Shown: one piece after another, positions 11,673 through 24,336 of the stretch
Numbering within the stretch: the stretch's first letter is position 1
Layout of the letters: every line of letters starts with the position of its first letter
Assembly: GCA_039183205.1 (NCBI GenBank)
Contig: JBCDBR010000024.1
Span: 2,021-66,020 of the forward strand
DNA: 64,000 bases
DNA from: Pseudomonadota bacterium
GTDB lineage: Bacteria; Pseudomonadota; Alphaproteobacteria; Rhodobacterales; Rhodobacteraceae
Direction of reading: 5' to 3'
Notes under the pieces: generated by a model
What the model saw: only the letters and a program-made list of their open reading frames with translations
Told to the model about the DNA's origin: nothing
The model's database searches: none
Position numbers and translations under genes: made by a program

Positions 11673-13094
11673 ATGAGCTTGCACGTCCCGTTCGACAATT
11701 CTTATGCCCAGTTGCCGGAGCGCTTTTTCACGCGCATGCCGCCGACCGCGGTGTCCCAGCCCCGTCTGGTGGCCGTCAACAGATCGCTTGCCGGCGAGCT
11801 CGGGATCACCCTGCCCGATACCGAGGCAGAGATCGCCGCCGTCTTTTCGGGCAACCAAATCCCAGAGGGCGCAAGCCCCTTGGCCCAGGTCTATGCTGGG
11901 CATCAATTCGGCGGCTGGTCACCGCAATTGGGCGATGGCCGCGCGATTTTGCTGGGCGAAGTTGTCGATCAGGCCGGCCAGCGGCGCGACATTCAGCTTA
12001 AGGGTTCTGGCCCGACGCCCTATAGCCGCATGGGCGACGGTCGGGCCTGGCTTGGTCCGGTTTTGCGGGAATACCTGGTTTCTGAGGCCATGGCGGCGTT
12101 GGGAATTCCGACCACCCGCGCGCTGGCGGCCGTGCTGACGGGTGATGATGTGCTGCGCGAGACACGTTTGCCGGGCGCGGTTCTGACCCGCGTTGCGGCC
12201 AGCCATATCCGGGTGGGCACCTTTCAGTATTTTGCCGCGCAGGGCGATACCGATGCGCTGCGGACGCTCACCCAACACGCGATCGCACGGCACTACCCCG
12301 ATGCCGATGGTCCACGTGGGCTTTTGCAGGCGGTGATTGCGGCGCAGGCCGAATTGGTGGCCGCATGGATGAGCGTCGGGTTCATCCATGGCGTGATGAA
12401 CACCGACAATTGCACAATCTCGGGTGAAACGATCGACTATGGCCCGTGCGCTTTCATGGACACCTATGCCTCCGATCAAGTGTTTAGCTCCATCGACCAA
12501 TTTGGCCGATATGCCTACGGCAATCAGCCCAATATCGCTGTGTGGAACCTTGCCCAATTTGCAACGTCGCTGTTGCAGCTCATGCCCGACCGCGAGGCCG
12601 CGATTGAAGCCTTTACCGAGGATGTGAACGGATTTGCCGACCGCTTCGATACCGCCTGGCGCCGCCGGATCGCGGCAAAGGTCGGTTTGCCGATATCCGA
12701 GGCCGCGATTGGGCTGGAGCTCTTGAGCGCGATGGAAACCGGTCGGGCCGATTTCACCCGAACCTTCCGGGCGCTATCGTCCGACACGCCAATCCAGGCT
12801 CGTGACGAATTCCTCGACCCCGCCGCGTTCGACACCTGGCATGCGATCTGGTGGCAAAAGGCCGCCGCAATGCCGGAAAGGGCGGAAAAAATGCGCGCCG
12901 TGAACCCGGCGGTGATTGCCCGAAACCATCGTGTAGAGGCTGCGATTAAGGCCGCGATAGGGGGCGATCTGAGCCCGTTCTTCACATTGCATAACGCTCT
13001 TGCCACACCCTTTTCGCTTGCCCCCGAACAGGCGGATCTCGATCGGTCGCCGGTCGCAACCGAAAAGGTCAGACAGACGTTCTGCGGGACGTGA
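11673..13094 (+). CDS. selO: Protein adenylyltransferase SelO/YdiU
   Basis: YAGHQFG, QLGDGRA, GSGPTPYSR, HGVMNTDN, IDYGPC motifs; C-terminal TFCGT. Confidence 0.93.
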   Translation: MSLHVPFDNSYAQLPERFFTRMPPTAVSQPRLVAVNRSLAGELGITLPDTEAEIAAVFSGNQIPEGASPLAQVYAGHQFGGWSPQLGDGRAILLGEVVDQAGQRRDIQLKGSGPTPYSRMGDGRAWLGPVLREYLVSEAMAALGIPTTRALAAVLTGDDVLRETRLPGAVLTRVAASHIRVGTFQYFAAQGDTDALRTLTQHAIARHYPDADGPRGLLQAVIAAQAELVAAWMSVGFIHGVMNTDNCTISGETIDYGPCAFMDTYASDQVFSSIDQFGRYAYGNQPNIAVWNLAQFATSLLQLMPDREAAIEAFTEDVNGFADRFDTAWRRRIAAKVGLPISEAAIGLELLSAMETGRADFTRTFRALSSDTPIQARDEFLDPAAFDTWHAIWWQKAAAMPERAEKMRAVNPAVIARNHRVEAAIKAAIGGDLSPFFTLHNALATPFSLAPEQADLDRSPVATEKVRQTFCGT

Positions 13095-13193
13095 TGCGGT
13101 TGCGGCACGTCACACAGCGCAAGGATGGCGCTGGCTGACATTTACCTTTGGCAGGCCGCGCGCTAGACCGCGTTAGGTACAAAGGATTTGGCC

Positions 13194-13607
13194 ATGTCCG
13201 ACACGATCGCCGCGCGCTGTGCGACCAAGGGGCTGCGCATGACTGACCAGCGCCGAATTGTGGCTGATGTTTTGGACGAGGCTGACGACCATCCCGATGT
13301 CGAAGAATTGCACGCCCGGGCCTCAGCGCAGGACCCGCGCATTTCCATCGCGACCGTCTATCGCACGGTGAAACTCTTCGAAGAGGCCGGGATCATTGAA
13401 CGACTTGAATTTGGGGACGGACGGGCCCGCTATGAGGACGCCGAGCGCGACCATCATGACCACCTCATCGATATGACGACCGGCGATGTGATTGAGTTTG
13501 TTGATCCAGAGATCGAAGCATTGCAGGAAAAGATCGCAGCAAAGCTTGGCTATTCGCTCAAAGGCCATAGGCTTGAACTTTATGGCGTGCGGCAGAAAAA
13601 GTCATAG
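13194..13607 (+). CDS. fur: Fur-family regulator (Fur/Mur)
   Basis: GLRMTDQRR, HPDVEEL, ISIATVYRT, HHDHLID motifs. Confidence 0.9.
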   Translation: MSDTIAARCATKGLRMTDQRRIVADVLDEADDHPDVEELHARASAQDPRISIATVYRTVKLFEEAGIIERLEFGDGRARYEDAERDHHDHLIDMTTGDVIEFVDPEIEALQEKIAAKLGYSLKGHRLELYGVRQKKS

Positions 13608-13608
13608 G

Positions 13609-14002
13609 ATGCATCATCCAGCGTGTCTTATCCTCGCACACCGATGGGATTTTACGGCCCATGGCGCATGATTTCAATGCCATGGTGGCTTTTTGCGACC
13701 CGGAGGGCGGGTTTGTGACCCCCCCTGCCGCGCCTGAGATCGGGTGGGCGGCAATGTCGGAGAGGACCGCAGGGTTCCTTCCCGATTTTACGGAGCTGTC
13801 GTTGCGTCGCCATGCCTTCTGGCCCTGGTGCAATCACGCCATGTTGGTTGGGACCGCGGCACCGTACGGGGTGCGAGCCAAAACCCCGCAGATGACGCCT
13901 GGCCATAAAGACCGGGCGCGTGGCCTGCACCGAAATAAGCGGGCGCCAAAGGGCGGCTTCGGCGCCGATGACCGCGCCGACCCAACCGCGCGCAACGCAT
14001 GA
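13609..14002 (+). pseudogene. Eroded SnoaL/NTF2-like gene
   Basis: 13661 frame AHDFNAMVAFCDPEGGFVTPPAAPEIGWAAMSER..GFL resembles the SnoaL-like N-terminus; upstream ATG 13609 is out of frame and the C-terminus looks non-coding. Confidence 0.4.
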
Positions 14003-14436
14003 CCCTGTTCATCGATGCCGATGCCTGCCCGGTCAAGGCTGAGGCAGAACGCGTGGCAAGCCGGTATAAAGTTCCGATGGTGCTGGTTTGCAATGGCGGA
14101 TTGCGGCCGCCAAGCAATCCAATTGTCACGGTTGTGGTGGTTTCTGACAGGCTCGACGCGGCAGATGATTGGATCGCGGAACAGGCGGGGCCCGGCGATG
14201 TGGTGGTCACGTCGGACCTGCCTTTGGCGGATCGGGCGATCAAAGCCGGTGCGCAGGTGGTCCAACATAACGGTGAGGTGTTGAGCGCGGCCAATATCGG
14301 CGGACGCCTGGCCACGCGAGATTTGATGGCAGACATCCGGGCCGCCAACCCGCTGAACCAGGGCGGCGGCGGAGCGGCGTTTTCCAAAACAGACCGCGCC
14401 AGGTTTCTCGAAAGCCTCGACCGATTGCTGCGCTAA
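13999..14436 (+). CDS. yaiI: YaiI/YqxD family protein (UPF0178)
   Basis: [27 protein letters not shown] motifs. Confidence 0.92.
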   Translation: MTLFIDADACPVKAEAERVASRYKVPMVLVCNGGLRPPSNPIVTVVVVSDRLDAADDWIAEQAGPGDVVVTSDLPLADRAIKAGAQVVQHNGEVLSAANIGGRLATRDLMADIRAANPLNQGGGGAAFSKTDRARFLESLDRLLR

Positions 14437-14545
14437 AAGGTGCCGCACCCTGCGCGGTCGGGGCGTCACCCAGATCTGGTCTCAAAAGGTGCGATTGCCT
14501 CGCCCCGACAAACCCGATAGGCCCGCCCTTCGGGGGGTATCTTCG

Positions 14546-15406
14546 ATGGACAATCTAAAGGGCATTGCATGGATGACGTTGGCGATGGCCACGTTTGCAA
14601 TGGCCGATATGTTTATCGTGATCGCGTCGGACAGCCTACCGCCCGGGCAAATCGTTGTCATGTTTGGGTTATTCGGCGTGCCGATGCTAGTCACATTTGC
14701 CAAGCTGCGGGGTGTTCCCCTGGTCTCACCGGTCTTTTTCAGCCGCCCTGTCGTGGTTCGAAACTTGGCCGAGATCTGGGGGACGATGGCGGTGATTACC
14801 GCGCTTGCAAATCTGCCCTTCTCTTTGGTGAGCGCGGTGTTGCAGGCCGCACCGCTCTTGGTCACGCTTGGCGCGGCCATCTTCCTTGGCGAACGCGTCG
14901 GCTGGCGACGATGGACCGCGATTTTGGTGGGACTTTGCGGCGTCTTGCTGATCCTCAGACCCTCGCCCGAGGCTGGCTGGACGATCCTATTGGCGGTCAT
15001 CGCCGTCACCGGGCTTTCGGCGCGCGATCTTGCCACGAGGTTTGTCCCGCGCGATATCCCGTCTTTACAAATCGCCTGCTACGGCTTTGCCTCGACGATC
15101 CCGGCCGGTATCTTGCTGATCGCGATCACCGGCGATGCCGTTTGGCCGAATTTGGCCGCAACCGGCGCCTGCTTTGCCGCGGCGAGCTTTGGTGCCGTCG
15201 CCTATTTCGCGATCACAACCGCGATGCGCGCCGGCGACATCTCTGTGGTGACCCCATTTCGATATACGCGGCTGATCTTTGCATTTTCCATCGCCGCGCT
15301 CGTCTTTGGCGAAAGTCTCGATCTTTGGACGTGGATCGGCTCTGGCATTGTGATCGCGACCGGACTTTATACCTTGGCGCGGGAGGCCCGGACCCGGCGC
15401 GCGTGA
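14546..15406 (+). CDS. DMT/EamA family transporter
   Basis: About ten hydrophobic segments, FLGERVGWRRW, VVTPFRYTRL. Confidence 0.9.
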   Translation: MDNLKGIAWMTLAMATFAMADMFIVIASDSLPPGQIVVMFGLFGVPMLVTFAKLRGVPLVSPVFFSRPVVVRNLAEIWGTMAVITALANLPFSLVSAVLQAAPLLVTLGAAIFLGERVGWRRWTAILVGLCGVLLILRPSPEAGWTILLAVIAVTGLSARDLATRFVPRDIPSLQIACYGFASTIPAGILLIAITGDAVWPNLAATGACFAAASFGAVAYFAITTAMRAGDISVVTPFRYTRLIFAFSIAALVFGESLDLWTWIGSGIVIATGLYTLAREARTRRA

Positions 15407-15436
15407 CGGCTTTTACCTTTGGGCAATCCGGGCTAA

Positions 15437-17492
<2,056 letters not shown>

Positions 17493-17502
<10 letters not shown>

Positions 17503-17987
17503 ACTTTGTCGAGCCGAGCGGTTCCGCGGAAATTGCCGCGTTTGACGCGCTATGCTGGGATTATCTGGCCTTTTTACGCAGCCAAACCGGGCCGTTTCGC
17601 GCCGCACTCGACATCGTATATTCCGACGCGATCTATGCCGCGGCATTGGCCAAGCGCCCGGCCCCGCCTCACGGCCTACAGCGGTTGGCACTGTGCGACG
17701 ACCAGGCTTTGGGCTGCGGAACGATCCAAACGTTTCAGCCCGGCGATGCGGAGATCAAACGCGTTTTCGTAGCCCCAGGCGCGCGTGGCACGGGGATGGG
17801 ACGGGCCTTAATGGCGCAACTGATCACCGATTGCCGCGCGCTTGGCTTTTCGCGCATCCTTATGGATACTGGCGCCCCGTTGATCGCCGCGCAGCGGCTT
17901 TACGACCAATTGGGGTTCATGCGCCGCGACCCCTACGCGCCGGGCCCGGCGCGCGACGCATTCGTTTATTTTGAGATGGAGCTTTGA
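17493..17987 (+). CDS. GNAT family N-acetyltransferase
   Basis: AEIKRVFVAPGARGTGMGRAL acetyl-CoA motif, AQRLYDQLGF. Confidence 0.9.
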
Positions 17988-18409
17988 TCATGGACGCCGC
18001 CGAAATCATTGCCCGGCTCGAGCTCGTGCCTCATCCCGAAGGCGGACATTACCGCCAAACATGGGTTGCAGACGGGCCGGGCCGTCCGTCCGGCAGCTGC
18101 ATTTATTTCCTGCTAGCCGCCGGCGAGCGAAGCCACTGGCACAAGGTTGACGCCGCGGAGATCTGGCATTTTCATGCCGGTGCGGACCTGTTGTTGATGC
18201 TCTCCGACCACGATGCGGGACCGGCGCGCATGCAGCGTCTCACGCCCGATCTTTCCCGCGGCGCGCCGCAATACATCGTTGCCCCGAATATCTGGCAAGC
18301 AGCAGAAACGACGGGCGATTTTACGCTGGTGTCCTGTACCGTATCGCCCGGGTTTCAATTCGATGGCTTCACGCTGGCGCCGCCGGGTTTTGACATCCCT
18401 CTGGGCTAG
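17984..18409 (+). CDS. Cupin DUF985 (YML079w-like) protein
   Basis: PHPEGGHYRQ, IYFLL, SHWHKVD, EIWHF, SCTVSPGFQF motifs. Confidence 0.9.
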   Translation: MIMDAAEIIARLELVPHPEGGHYRQTWVADGPGRPSGSCIYFLLAAGERSHWHKVDAAEIWHFHAGADLLLMLSDHDAGPARMQRLTPDLSRGAPQYIVAPNIWQAAETTGDFTLVSCTVSPGFQFDGFTLAPPGFDIPLG

Positions 18410-19323
18410 TCCCGCCCACGAATACGGCGCAGGATCGCGTGCGCCGGCATCGACCAGGCGCTGTGCAGCCAGGTACCACCCAAGGTTCGCACCTCCGCGC
18501 CAGCGCCCAGTTTGAACCGGTCAATGCCGGCGGTACGGCGCGCGTTCAGCACGCCCAAATCCATCATCACATGGCCGCGCGCGGCAAGGTATTGGACAGC
18601 CTCCCACATCAGAAGATTGTGGGCGGACAGGCGTTTACCTTCTTTCGTGGTCCATCCGATTTGATAGGTCGTCATCGGCCCGTGGCGCAGAAAGAGCATC
18701 GCGGCCAGCGTTTCGCGGTTCTTTCGCGCCAGAAAAAGCTGGACCGATCCCGGTTCCAGCCGGGCCATTTCCGTCAACAGGGGGTGCGGCAGGCTCCGGT
18801 ATTTGCGCAGCCTTTGTTGTCCGCGATCTTCTTCGAACAGCCAATGATCGCCGCCCGGGATAAAGTCGTGCCGCTCCGCGATCAGGCCTTGACGTTGGGC
18901 ATGGCGAAGGCGGTTACGCCACTTCTGATCCATCCGCGCCAAGATGGCATCGGCGCCACCTGCCAGCGGCAGCATTGCCACCCGCGCAGGCCGGGCGATG
19001 GGAAGAAATCCAGCTTGTCGGAAACTGTCGCCATCGGTCGTGCCTTCAGGGCTGACAAAAAGATGCCGGAGGCCAAGCGCGCGGCGCATCCCGGCCAGTC
19101 CGGCAATGCGGAAATTGCCGCGATGTTCGTTCCAAACCGGGCCGCGGCTGACAACACCGGTCGGCCCGAAGCCCGGGACACGCCGGACGAGGATTGTTGC
19201 CGCCCCGCCTGGCAAAGCGTGGTGCGACATGTCCACGCCAAGGCGCATCAAGGCTAAGTTAAACAATGCGCTTTGCTGCAACGGAACAGGCATCTCGGGC
19301 GGAGGTGGTGCAAAGTCGAACAT
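18406..19323 (-). CDS. FemAB/GNAT-like acyltransferase
   Basis: PLQQS, SRGPVW, KWRNRLR, AHNLLMWEA, FKLGAG resemble the FemABX/Acetyltransf_6 fold. Confidence 0.75.
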   Translation of the reverse strand: MFDFAPPPPEMPVPLQQSALFNLALMRLGVDMSHHALPGGAATILVRRVPGFGPTGVVSRGPVWNEHRGNFRIAGLAGMRRALGLRHLFVSPEGTTDGDSFRQAGFLPIARPARVAMLPLAGGADAILARMDQKWRNRLRHAQRQGLIAERHDFIPGGDHWLFEEDRGQQRLRKYRSLPHPLLTEMARLEPGSVQLFLARKNRETLAAMLFLRHGPMTTYQIGWTTKEGKRLSAHNLLMWEAVQYLAARGHVMMDLGVLNARRTAGIDRFKLGAGAEVRTLGGTWLHSAWSMPAHAILRRIRGRD

Positions 19324-19349
19324 GGTGGCGCCACGCTATGGCTTTCGTG

Positions 19350-19365
19350 GTGAATTCCTGGTTAA
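19350..19365 (-). promoter_or_regulatory. Putative CtrA box upstream of the FemAB-like gene
   Basis: Minus strand TTAA-CCAGGAA-TTCAC, one mismatch to TTAA-N7-TTAAC, about 26 nt upstream of the ATG. Confidence 0.55.
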
Positions 19366-19649
19366 TCCGCGTCGCGATCCGCCGTCCAAACGCCAACTGC
19401 GCTCGAATGCAGGATTTTTCGTTCCAGCCCGTCAGGTGCGGTGATCACGACAAGCCGGCATTGGCACGCGTGGAACGCATGCGGGACCAACCTGGCCGAC
19501 CATGTGTTGGGAATCGCATACCGGCCCGCAGTGCAATCTGCCCGACCTTGGGGCGCCGAACCGGCCAAAGCCACAGGCGCGAACCGCGCGGTCCGGGGCG
19601 CCCATTCGCACCGCGATGGCTCCCGGATGGGGGCCTGAGCGGGGCGAAG

Positions 19650-20906
19650 CTACTCCTCTGCCAGCGTCACCAAAGCGTGCCGCTTTTTCCCCGCGCTCAG
19701 CTTGATCGGCTCAGTCAGATCAGCCGCGTCGATCATGAGCCCTGCATCACGAAGGGGTGCGTCATTTAGCCGAGCTCCGTTCTCCGCAATCAGCCGTTTG
19801 GCCTCCTTGCCAGATTTGGCGAGCCCCGCCCGCGTGATCAATTGCACAACCGAAATGCCATCGGCCAATTCCGCCGCCGTCATTTTCAACGTCGGGAGGT
19901 CTTCGCCCGACCCGCCCTTTTCGAAAACATCGCGTGCGGTTGCTTCCGCAGCGGCGGCCGCGGCCTGTCCATGCAGCAAGCTTGTCACCGCATTCGCCAA
20001 GGCGATCTTTGCCTCGTTGATCTCTGACCCGCCAAGCGCGCCCATACGCACGCAGTCGTCCACCGAAAATTCGGTGAACATCTTCAGGAACTTCCCGACA
20101 TCGGCGTCGTCCACATTGCGCCACCATTGCCAAAACTGATACGGGCTCATCATGTCGTCATTCAGCCAAACGGCGCCATCTACCGACTTTCCCATCTTTT
20201 TCCCGTCAGAGCGCGTCACCAAAGGTGTTGTCAGTCCAAACGCCTCGGTCGCCTCGACCCTGCGGATCAGATCGGCACCGGAGACGATATTGCCCCACTG
20301 ATCCGACCCGCCCATCTGCAAAACACAGCCATAGCGGCGGTGTAGCTCCAAAAAGTCGTAGGCCTGCAAAAGCATGTAATTGAACTCGATGAAGCTGAGC
20401 GATTGTTCGCGGTCGAGCCGCGATTTAACGCTTTCGAAGCTGAGCATGCGGTTGATCGTAAAGTGCCGACCAATGTCGCGCAAAAACGCGACATAGCGCA
20501 GCTCATCCAGCCAATCTGCATTGTTGACCAACGGGCTGTCGGTCGGACCGTCGCCATAGGAGATGTAGCGCGAAAACACTTGGCGAATGCTGGTTGCGTT
20601 TGCCTCTATGTCGTCGACGGACAGCATCTTGCGCATCTCGTCCTTGCCCGACGGATCGCCAACCTTGGTCGTGCCGCCGCCCATCAGGGTGATCGGCCTG
20701 TGGCCGGTCCGCTGCAACCAGCGCAGCAGCATGATCTGCACGAGATTGCCGATATGGAGCGAGCGCGCCGTCAAATCGTATCCGATATAGCCGGTGACCA
20801 CCCCGTCATAGAGCTGCTGATCCAATTCCTGTAGATCGGTGCAATCGGCCAAAAAGCCCCGCGCCGATATCTCGGTCAGAAATTCAGATTTGGGGTGGTA
20901 GGTCAT
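19650..20906 (-). CDS. tyrS: Tyrosine--tRNA ligase
   Basis: [33 protein letters not shown] motifs; C-terminal S4 domain. Confidence 0.97.
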   Translation of the reverse strand: MTYHPKSEFLTEISARGFLADCTDLQELDQQLYDGVVTGYIGYDLTARSLHIGNLVQIMLLRWLQRTGHRPITLMGGGTTKVGDPSGKDEMRKMLSVDDIEANATSIRQVFSRYISYGDGPTDSPLVNNADWLDELRYVAFLRDIGRHFTINRMLSFESVKSRLDREQSLSFIEFNYMLLQAYDFLELHRRYGCVLQMGGSDQWGNIVSGADLIRRVEATEAFGLTTPLVTRSDGKKMGKSVDGAVWLNDDMMSPYQFWQWWRNVDDADVGKFLKMFTEFSVDDCVRMGALGGSEINEAKIALANAVTSLLHGQAAAAAAEATARDVFEKGGSGEDLPTLKMTAAELADGISVVQLITRAGLAKSGKEAKRLIAENGARLNDAPLRDAGLMIDAADLTEPIKLSAGKKRHALVTLAEE

Positions 20907-20953
20907 GGGCCCCTCGTGCGATTTAAGCCTTGGGGTCTATAACGGGGGCGGGG

Positions 20954-22072
20954 GTGAAGGGAAAGGGCGAACGGCCAGTGCTCACCATCGCGGGGGCCAT
21001 GTCCGGGACATCCCTGGACGGCGTCGATATCGCGGTGATCGAGACCGACGGCACGGACGTTCTGCGTTTTGGGAAAACGGCCAACCGCCGCTACACACCA
21101 AACGAGCAAGCCCAAATCCGCGCCGCCTTTGGCCTCTGGCCCGGCGATGGACGTGTCCCAGCGGCTGCGCGGGTTGTTGAGGCGGCCCATGCCGACGCGA
21201 TGGCCGGGCTCGACGCGGTGACAGCGCTTGGCTTTCACGGCCAGACCCTGGCGCATGACCCCCAAAACGGCCGCACGCATCAAGCCGGCGACGGCGCATG
21301 CCTGTCCGACACGTTAGGCCTGCCGGTGATTTGGGATTTTCGCAGCGCGGACATGGCCCTTGGAGGTCACGGCGCGCCGTTGGCACCTTTTTATCATTGG
21401 GCATTGGCGCGCCGGCTTCGCGCCCTTGCGCCGATCGCATTCCTCGATCTTGGCGGTATGGGCACCATCTCCTGGGTCGACCCCACGTCCGATGCGCCGG
21501 AGGCCGATGGCGCGCTCATGGCGTTTGACACCGGGCCGGCAACTGCGCCGCTGGACGATCTTATGCGCGTCCGACGCGCCGGGCGCTATGACACAGACGG
21601 CGCGCAGACATCCGCTGGCACGGCCGACATGGCCGCGGTTGCCGCCTTTCTCGACGATGGCTACTTCCTCAAAATGCCGCCGAAATCGCTCGACCGGAAC
21701 GCCTTTCCCTATCTTGTACCTGCATTTGAGACGCTGTCGGTCGAAGACGCCTTGGCCACTTTGGCCGCTTGCGCCGCAGCGTCGGTCGCCCAGGCGCTAT
21801 CGTTTTTGCCACAGGTGCCGGCACGGGTTTTGGTATCCGGCGGCGGGCGCCATAACCGCGGGCTGATGGCAGCCCTTGGCGCGGCACTGCCCTGCCCCGT
21901 CGCTCCGGTCGAGACGGCTGGGCTCGACGGTGACGCGCTTGAGGCACAAGCCATTGCCTACCTCGCCGCGCGCGTCGCGCTTGGCATGACCACCAGCGCG
22001 CCGGGGACAACAGGCGTGCCGGCCGCCGTGGGCGGAGGCCAGGTTTCGGGCGATCTACGGCTGGACCGTTAA
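20954..22072 (+). CDS. anmK: Anhydro-N-acetylmuramic acid kinase
   Basis: MSGTSLDGVD, GFHGQT, DFRSAD, GAPLAP, FDTGP, PPKSLDR motifs; divergent from tyrS. Confidence 0.95.
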   Translation: MKGKGERPVLTIAGAMSGTSLDGVDIAVIETDGTDVLRFGKTANRRYTPNEQAQIRAAFGLWPGDGRVPAAARVVEAAHADAMAGLDAVTALGFHGQTLAHDPQNGRTHQAGDGACLSDTLGLPVIWDFRSADMALGGHGAPLAPFYHWALARRLRALAPIAFLDLGGMGTISWVDPTSDAPEADGALMAFDTGPATAPLDDLMRVRRAGRYDTDGAQTSAGTADMAAVAAFLDDGYFLKMPPKSLDRNAFPYLVPAFETLSVEDALATLAACAAASVAQALSFLPQVPARVLVSGGGRHNRGLMAALGAALPCPVAPVETAGLDGDALEAQAIAYLAARVALGMTTSAPGTTGVPAAVGGGQVSGDLRLDR

Positions 22073-22086
22073 TCGCGCCGCACGGT

Positions 22087-22830
22087 TCACGCCAGCAAGG
22101 CACGAAGCACCGCTAGGCGGGCCGGCGGCATCGATCCGATCTCGAGCGCAGTAAAGACATGCAGCGTCCCAAGGTCGCGGTCGATCACGGCATGATCGGA
22201 CACCCATCCGCCCATAGCCAGGTAGCTTTGCAGAAGCGGTGGCAGCGATGATCGCGCTGCCTTAAAATCTGGCTTTTCGGGCGCGAGGGCGTCGAAATGG
22301 ACGACCTCCGCTGCCTTTTGCACCGGACGCCATGCCGCCGGGCCGATATAGCGATCCCGCAACAGACCGAAGGCGGGACGATAAGGCGCTACCGACATGC
22401 CTTCAAAGGACGAACAGCCAAAGATCATACGCGCCTCTTTGCGATCCACATATGCCGCAAGCGCGGCCCAGGTCATGCGCAGGACATCTGCCGAGGATTG
22501 GGCCGTTGTGCATGCGGACGGGTCAATGCAAAAGCGCCCCAGTTCCAACATGTTGCCGCGATAGCTGGCCAGGCCCGAAAGACCGTAGAATTGCGCGGAA
22601 TAGCTCTGATCGACGGCGCGGCCATCGCCGAGCGGCAAGAGCCGGAAATACCCGACCAAGCGGCCATCCGCCTCGGTCTCGATCAATGCGTGGTCACACG
22701 CGGCATCAAACGCGTCGCAATCGCCCGCGCCGTCGCGAAAAGCGGCGCTGCGCAATTCGAGACCGGCGGACACATCTTCGGGCGATTGCGCCAGCCGCGC
22801 TCGGTACCCGCCACGCGCCAATAGGATCAT
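22087..22830 (-). CDS. Ornithine-lipid N-acyltransferase OlsB-like GNAT
   Basis: DAFDAACDH, YSAQFY, ELGRFC, FGCSSF, LPPLLQSYL motifs. Confidence 0.75.
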   Translation of the reverse strand: MILLARGGYRARLAQSPEDVSAGLELRSAAFRDGAGDCDAFDAACDHALIETEADGRLVGYFRLLPLGDGRAVDQSYSAQFYGLSGLASYRGNMLELGRFCIDPSACTTAQSSADVLRMTWAALAAYVDRKEARMIFGCSSFEGMSVAPYRPAFGLLRDRYIGPAAWRPVQKAAEVVHFDALAPEKPDFKAARSSLPPLLQSYLAMGGWVSDHAVIDRDLGTLHVFTALEIGSMPPARLAVLRALLA

Positions 22831-22853
22831 GCCAAAACCTCGGCGGCGCTGTG

Positions 22854-23318
22854 CTACCCGTCTCCGCCAATAATATTGCCGACATCAAGCCGGCCAAAGT
22901 TCCTGAGGATTTGAGTAAGAACGGTGACTTCACCCAATCCACCGCCCGTAACCCTGCGCGATAGTTGCACGAATTGCCCGTCCTCAAGGCCAAAGCGTTC
23001 GATGTTTCGGACCACGCCATCATCGTCGAATGTAATGGCCAGCACATCGCGCTCAATGACCTCGGGGGCTTGGTATGCAAAGCTGCGGATGCGATAGGAG
23101 GCGTAGAACCACGCATCTTCGCGGATCACGCCCGAAGTCGAAGGTCGCCCCACGCTCAAGGCCAGGCTGTCGCGGGTATCAACCCCTGGCAGGATAGCCT
23201 CGATCTCATCATCGGGCGGGACAAAGCCATGGTTTCGGTAGGTCGCAGAACACGACGAAAGCGCCAACGTCAGTGCCAGCACGGCCCCCCATCGCATCGC
23301 TGTCGCTGCCCAGCTCAT
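22854..23318 (-). CDS. bamE: Outer membrane assembly lipoprotein BamE
   Basis: Lipobox LSSC, NHGFVP, GRPS, WFY, ITFDDDGVV; divergent from yceD. Confidence 0.88.
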   Translation of the reverse strand: MSWAATAMRWGAVLALTLALSSCSATYRNHGFVPPDDEIEAILPGVDTRDSLALSVGRPSTSGVIREDAWFYASYRIRSFAYQAPEVIERDVLAITFDDDGVVRNIERFGLEDGQFVQLSRRVTGGGLGEVTVLTQILRNFGRLDVGNIIGGDG

Positions 23319-23400
23319 CACATCCTCCAGGCCAAATGGCGCCTTGCCACGGCCAGTATTCCTTTCTATCGCCATAACCGAGAGCTGGAATTGAGGCAAG

Positions 23401-23970
23401 ATGACCGCGCCGAGAGAGATCACGGATCAAAGCCAGGCCCGGGTGCCGGCGCCGGCAATTTTCCGGGCGGCGGGCCTTGATGTGCAGATCCTGCCCGATG
23501 CGGCATGGCGCGCATCGCTTCAGGCGTCTATGAACCTGACCGCCCTGCGCAAGGTCCGGCTGGCGGGCCAAATCGCTGTGATTGATGGTGGTTTGGTGCT
23601 GACGGCCCAATTCGGCGCAACGGTCGTGCAGCCATGCGTGGTGACACTGGAGCCCGTCCAGACACGGATTGAGGCGCCGGTGCGCCGAACCTATCTCGAC
23701 AACCTGCCCGTACCCGCGGGGGACGAGGCCGAAATACCCCAAGACGATAGCCTAGAAGCACTCGGTCCCGTCATTGATTTGGCGGAGGTCTTAGCGGAGG
23801 CTTTATCGCTAAACCTGCCGCTATACCCGCGCGCGGCCGGCGCAGAGCTGGGCCAGACCATTTTCACCGGCGATGATGCAACCCCGATGACCGATGAAGA
23901 CACCAAGCCGTTTGCTGGTCTCGAGGCCTTGAAGTCGGACCTTCCAGAGGCCTCTGGATCGGACGACTGA
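23401..23970 (+). CDS. yceD: DUF177/YceD family protein
   Basis: QPCVVTLEPV, EALSLNLPLYPR, KPFAGL motifs; upstream of rpmF. Confidence 0.9.
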   Translation: MTAPREITDQSQARVPAPAIFRAAGLDVQILPDAAWRASLQASMNLTALRKVRLAGQIAVIDGGLVLTAQFGATVVQPCVVTLEPVQTRIEAPVRRTYLDNLPVPAGDEAEIPQDDSLEALGPVIDLAEVLAEALSLNLPLYPRAAGAELGQTIFTGDDATPMTDEDTKPFAGLEALKSDLPEASGSDD

Positions 23971-24115
23971 GACACCTTAATTTTTGGCTTGCGCGGCGCC
24001 GGGATTTGAGTATTTTCCGCCCCTCACACGATCCGCCGCCTCCTGCGGCGTGACCAAGGCATTCCGTTTGATAGTCGGGGCTCGACCGCCCCTGGACCAA
24101 ATCCGAGGTTGAGAC

Positions 24116-24322
24116 ATGGCCGTCCCCCAGAATCGCGTTACGCGGTCCCGCCGCAATAACCGCCGTTCGCATGATGCACTTTCCGCAGCAAACCCGAACG
24201 AATGCAGCAATTGCGGTGAGTTGAAGCGGCCGCATCACATTTGCCCATCCTGCGGCCACTATGCCGACCGTGAAGTGATCGCGCAGGCCGACGAGATCGA
24301 TCTCGACGACGACGCGGCATAA
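24116..24322 (+). CDS. rpmF: 50S ribosomal protein L32
   Basis: MAVPQ...RRSH, CxxC..RPHHICxxCG. Confidence 0.97.
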   Translation: MAVPQNRVTRSRRNNRRSHDALSAANPNECSNCGELKRPHHICPSCGHYADREVIAQADEIDLDDDAA

Positions 24323-24336
24323 CCTGCCGCTTTGGG

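Noticed and set aside
19366-19649. Short ORFs between the FemAB-like gene and tyrS
   Set aside because: No SD or motif support; treated as intergenic or debris
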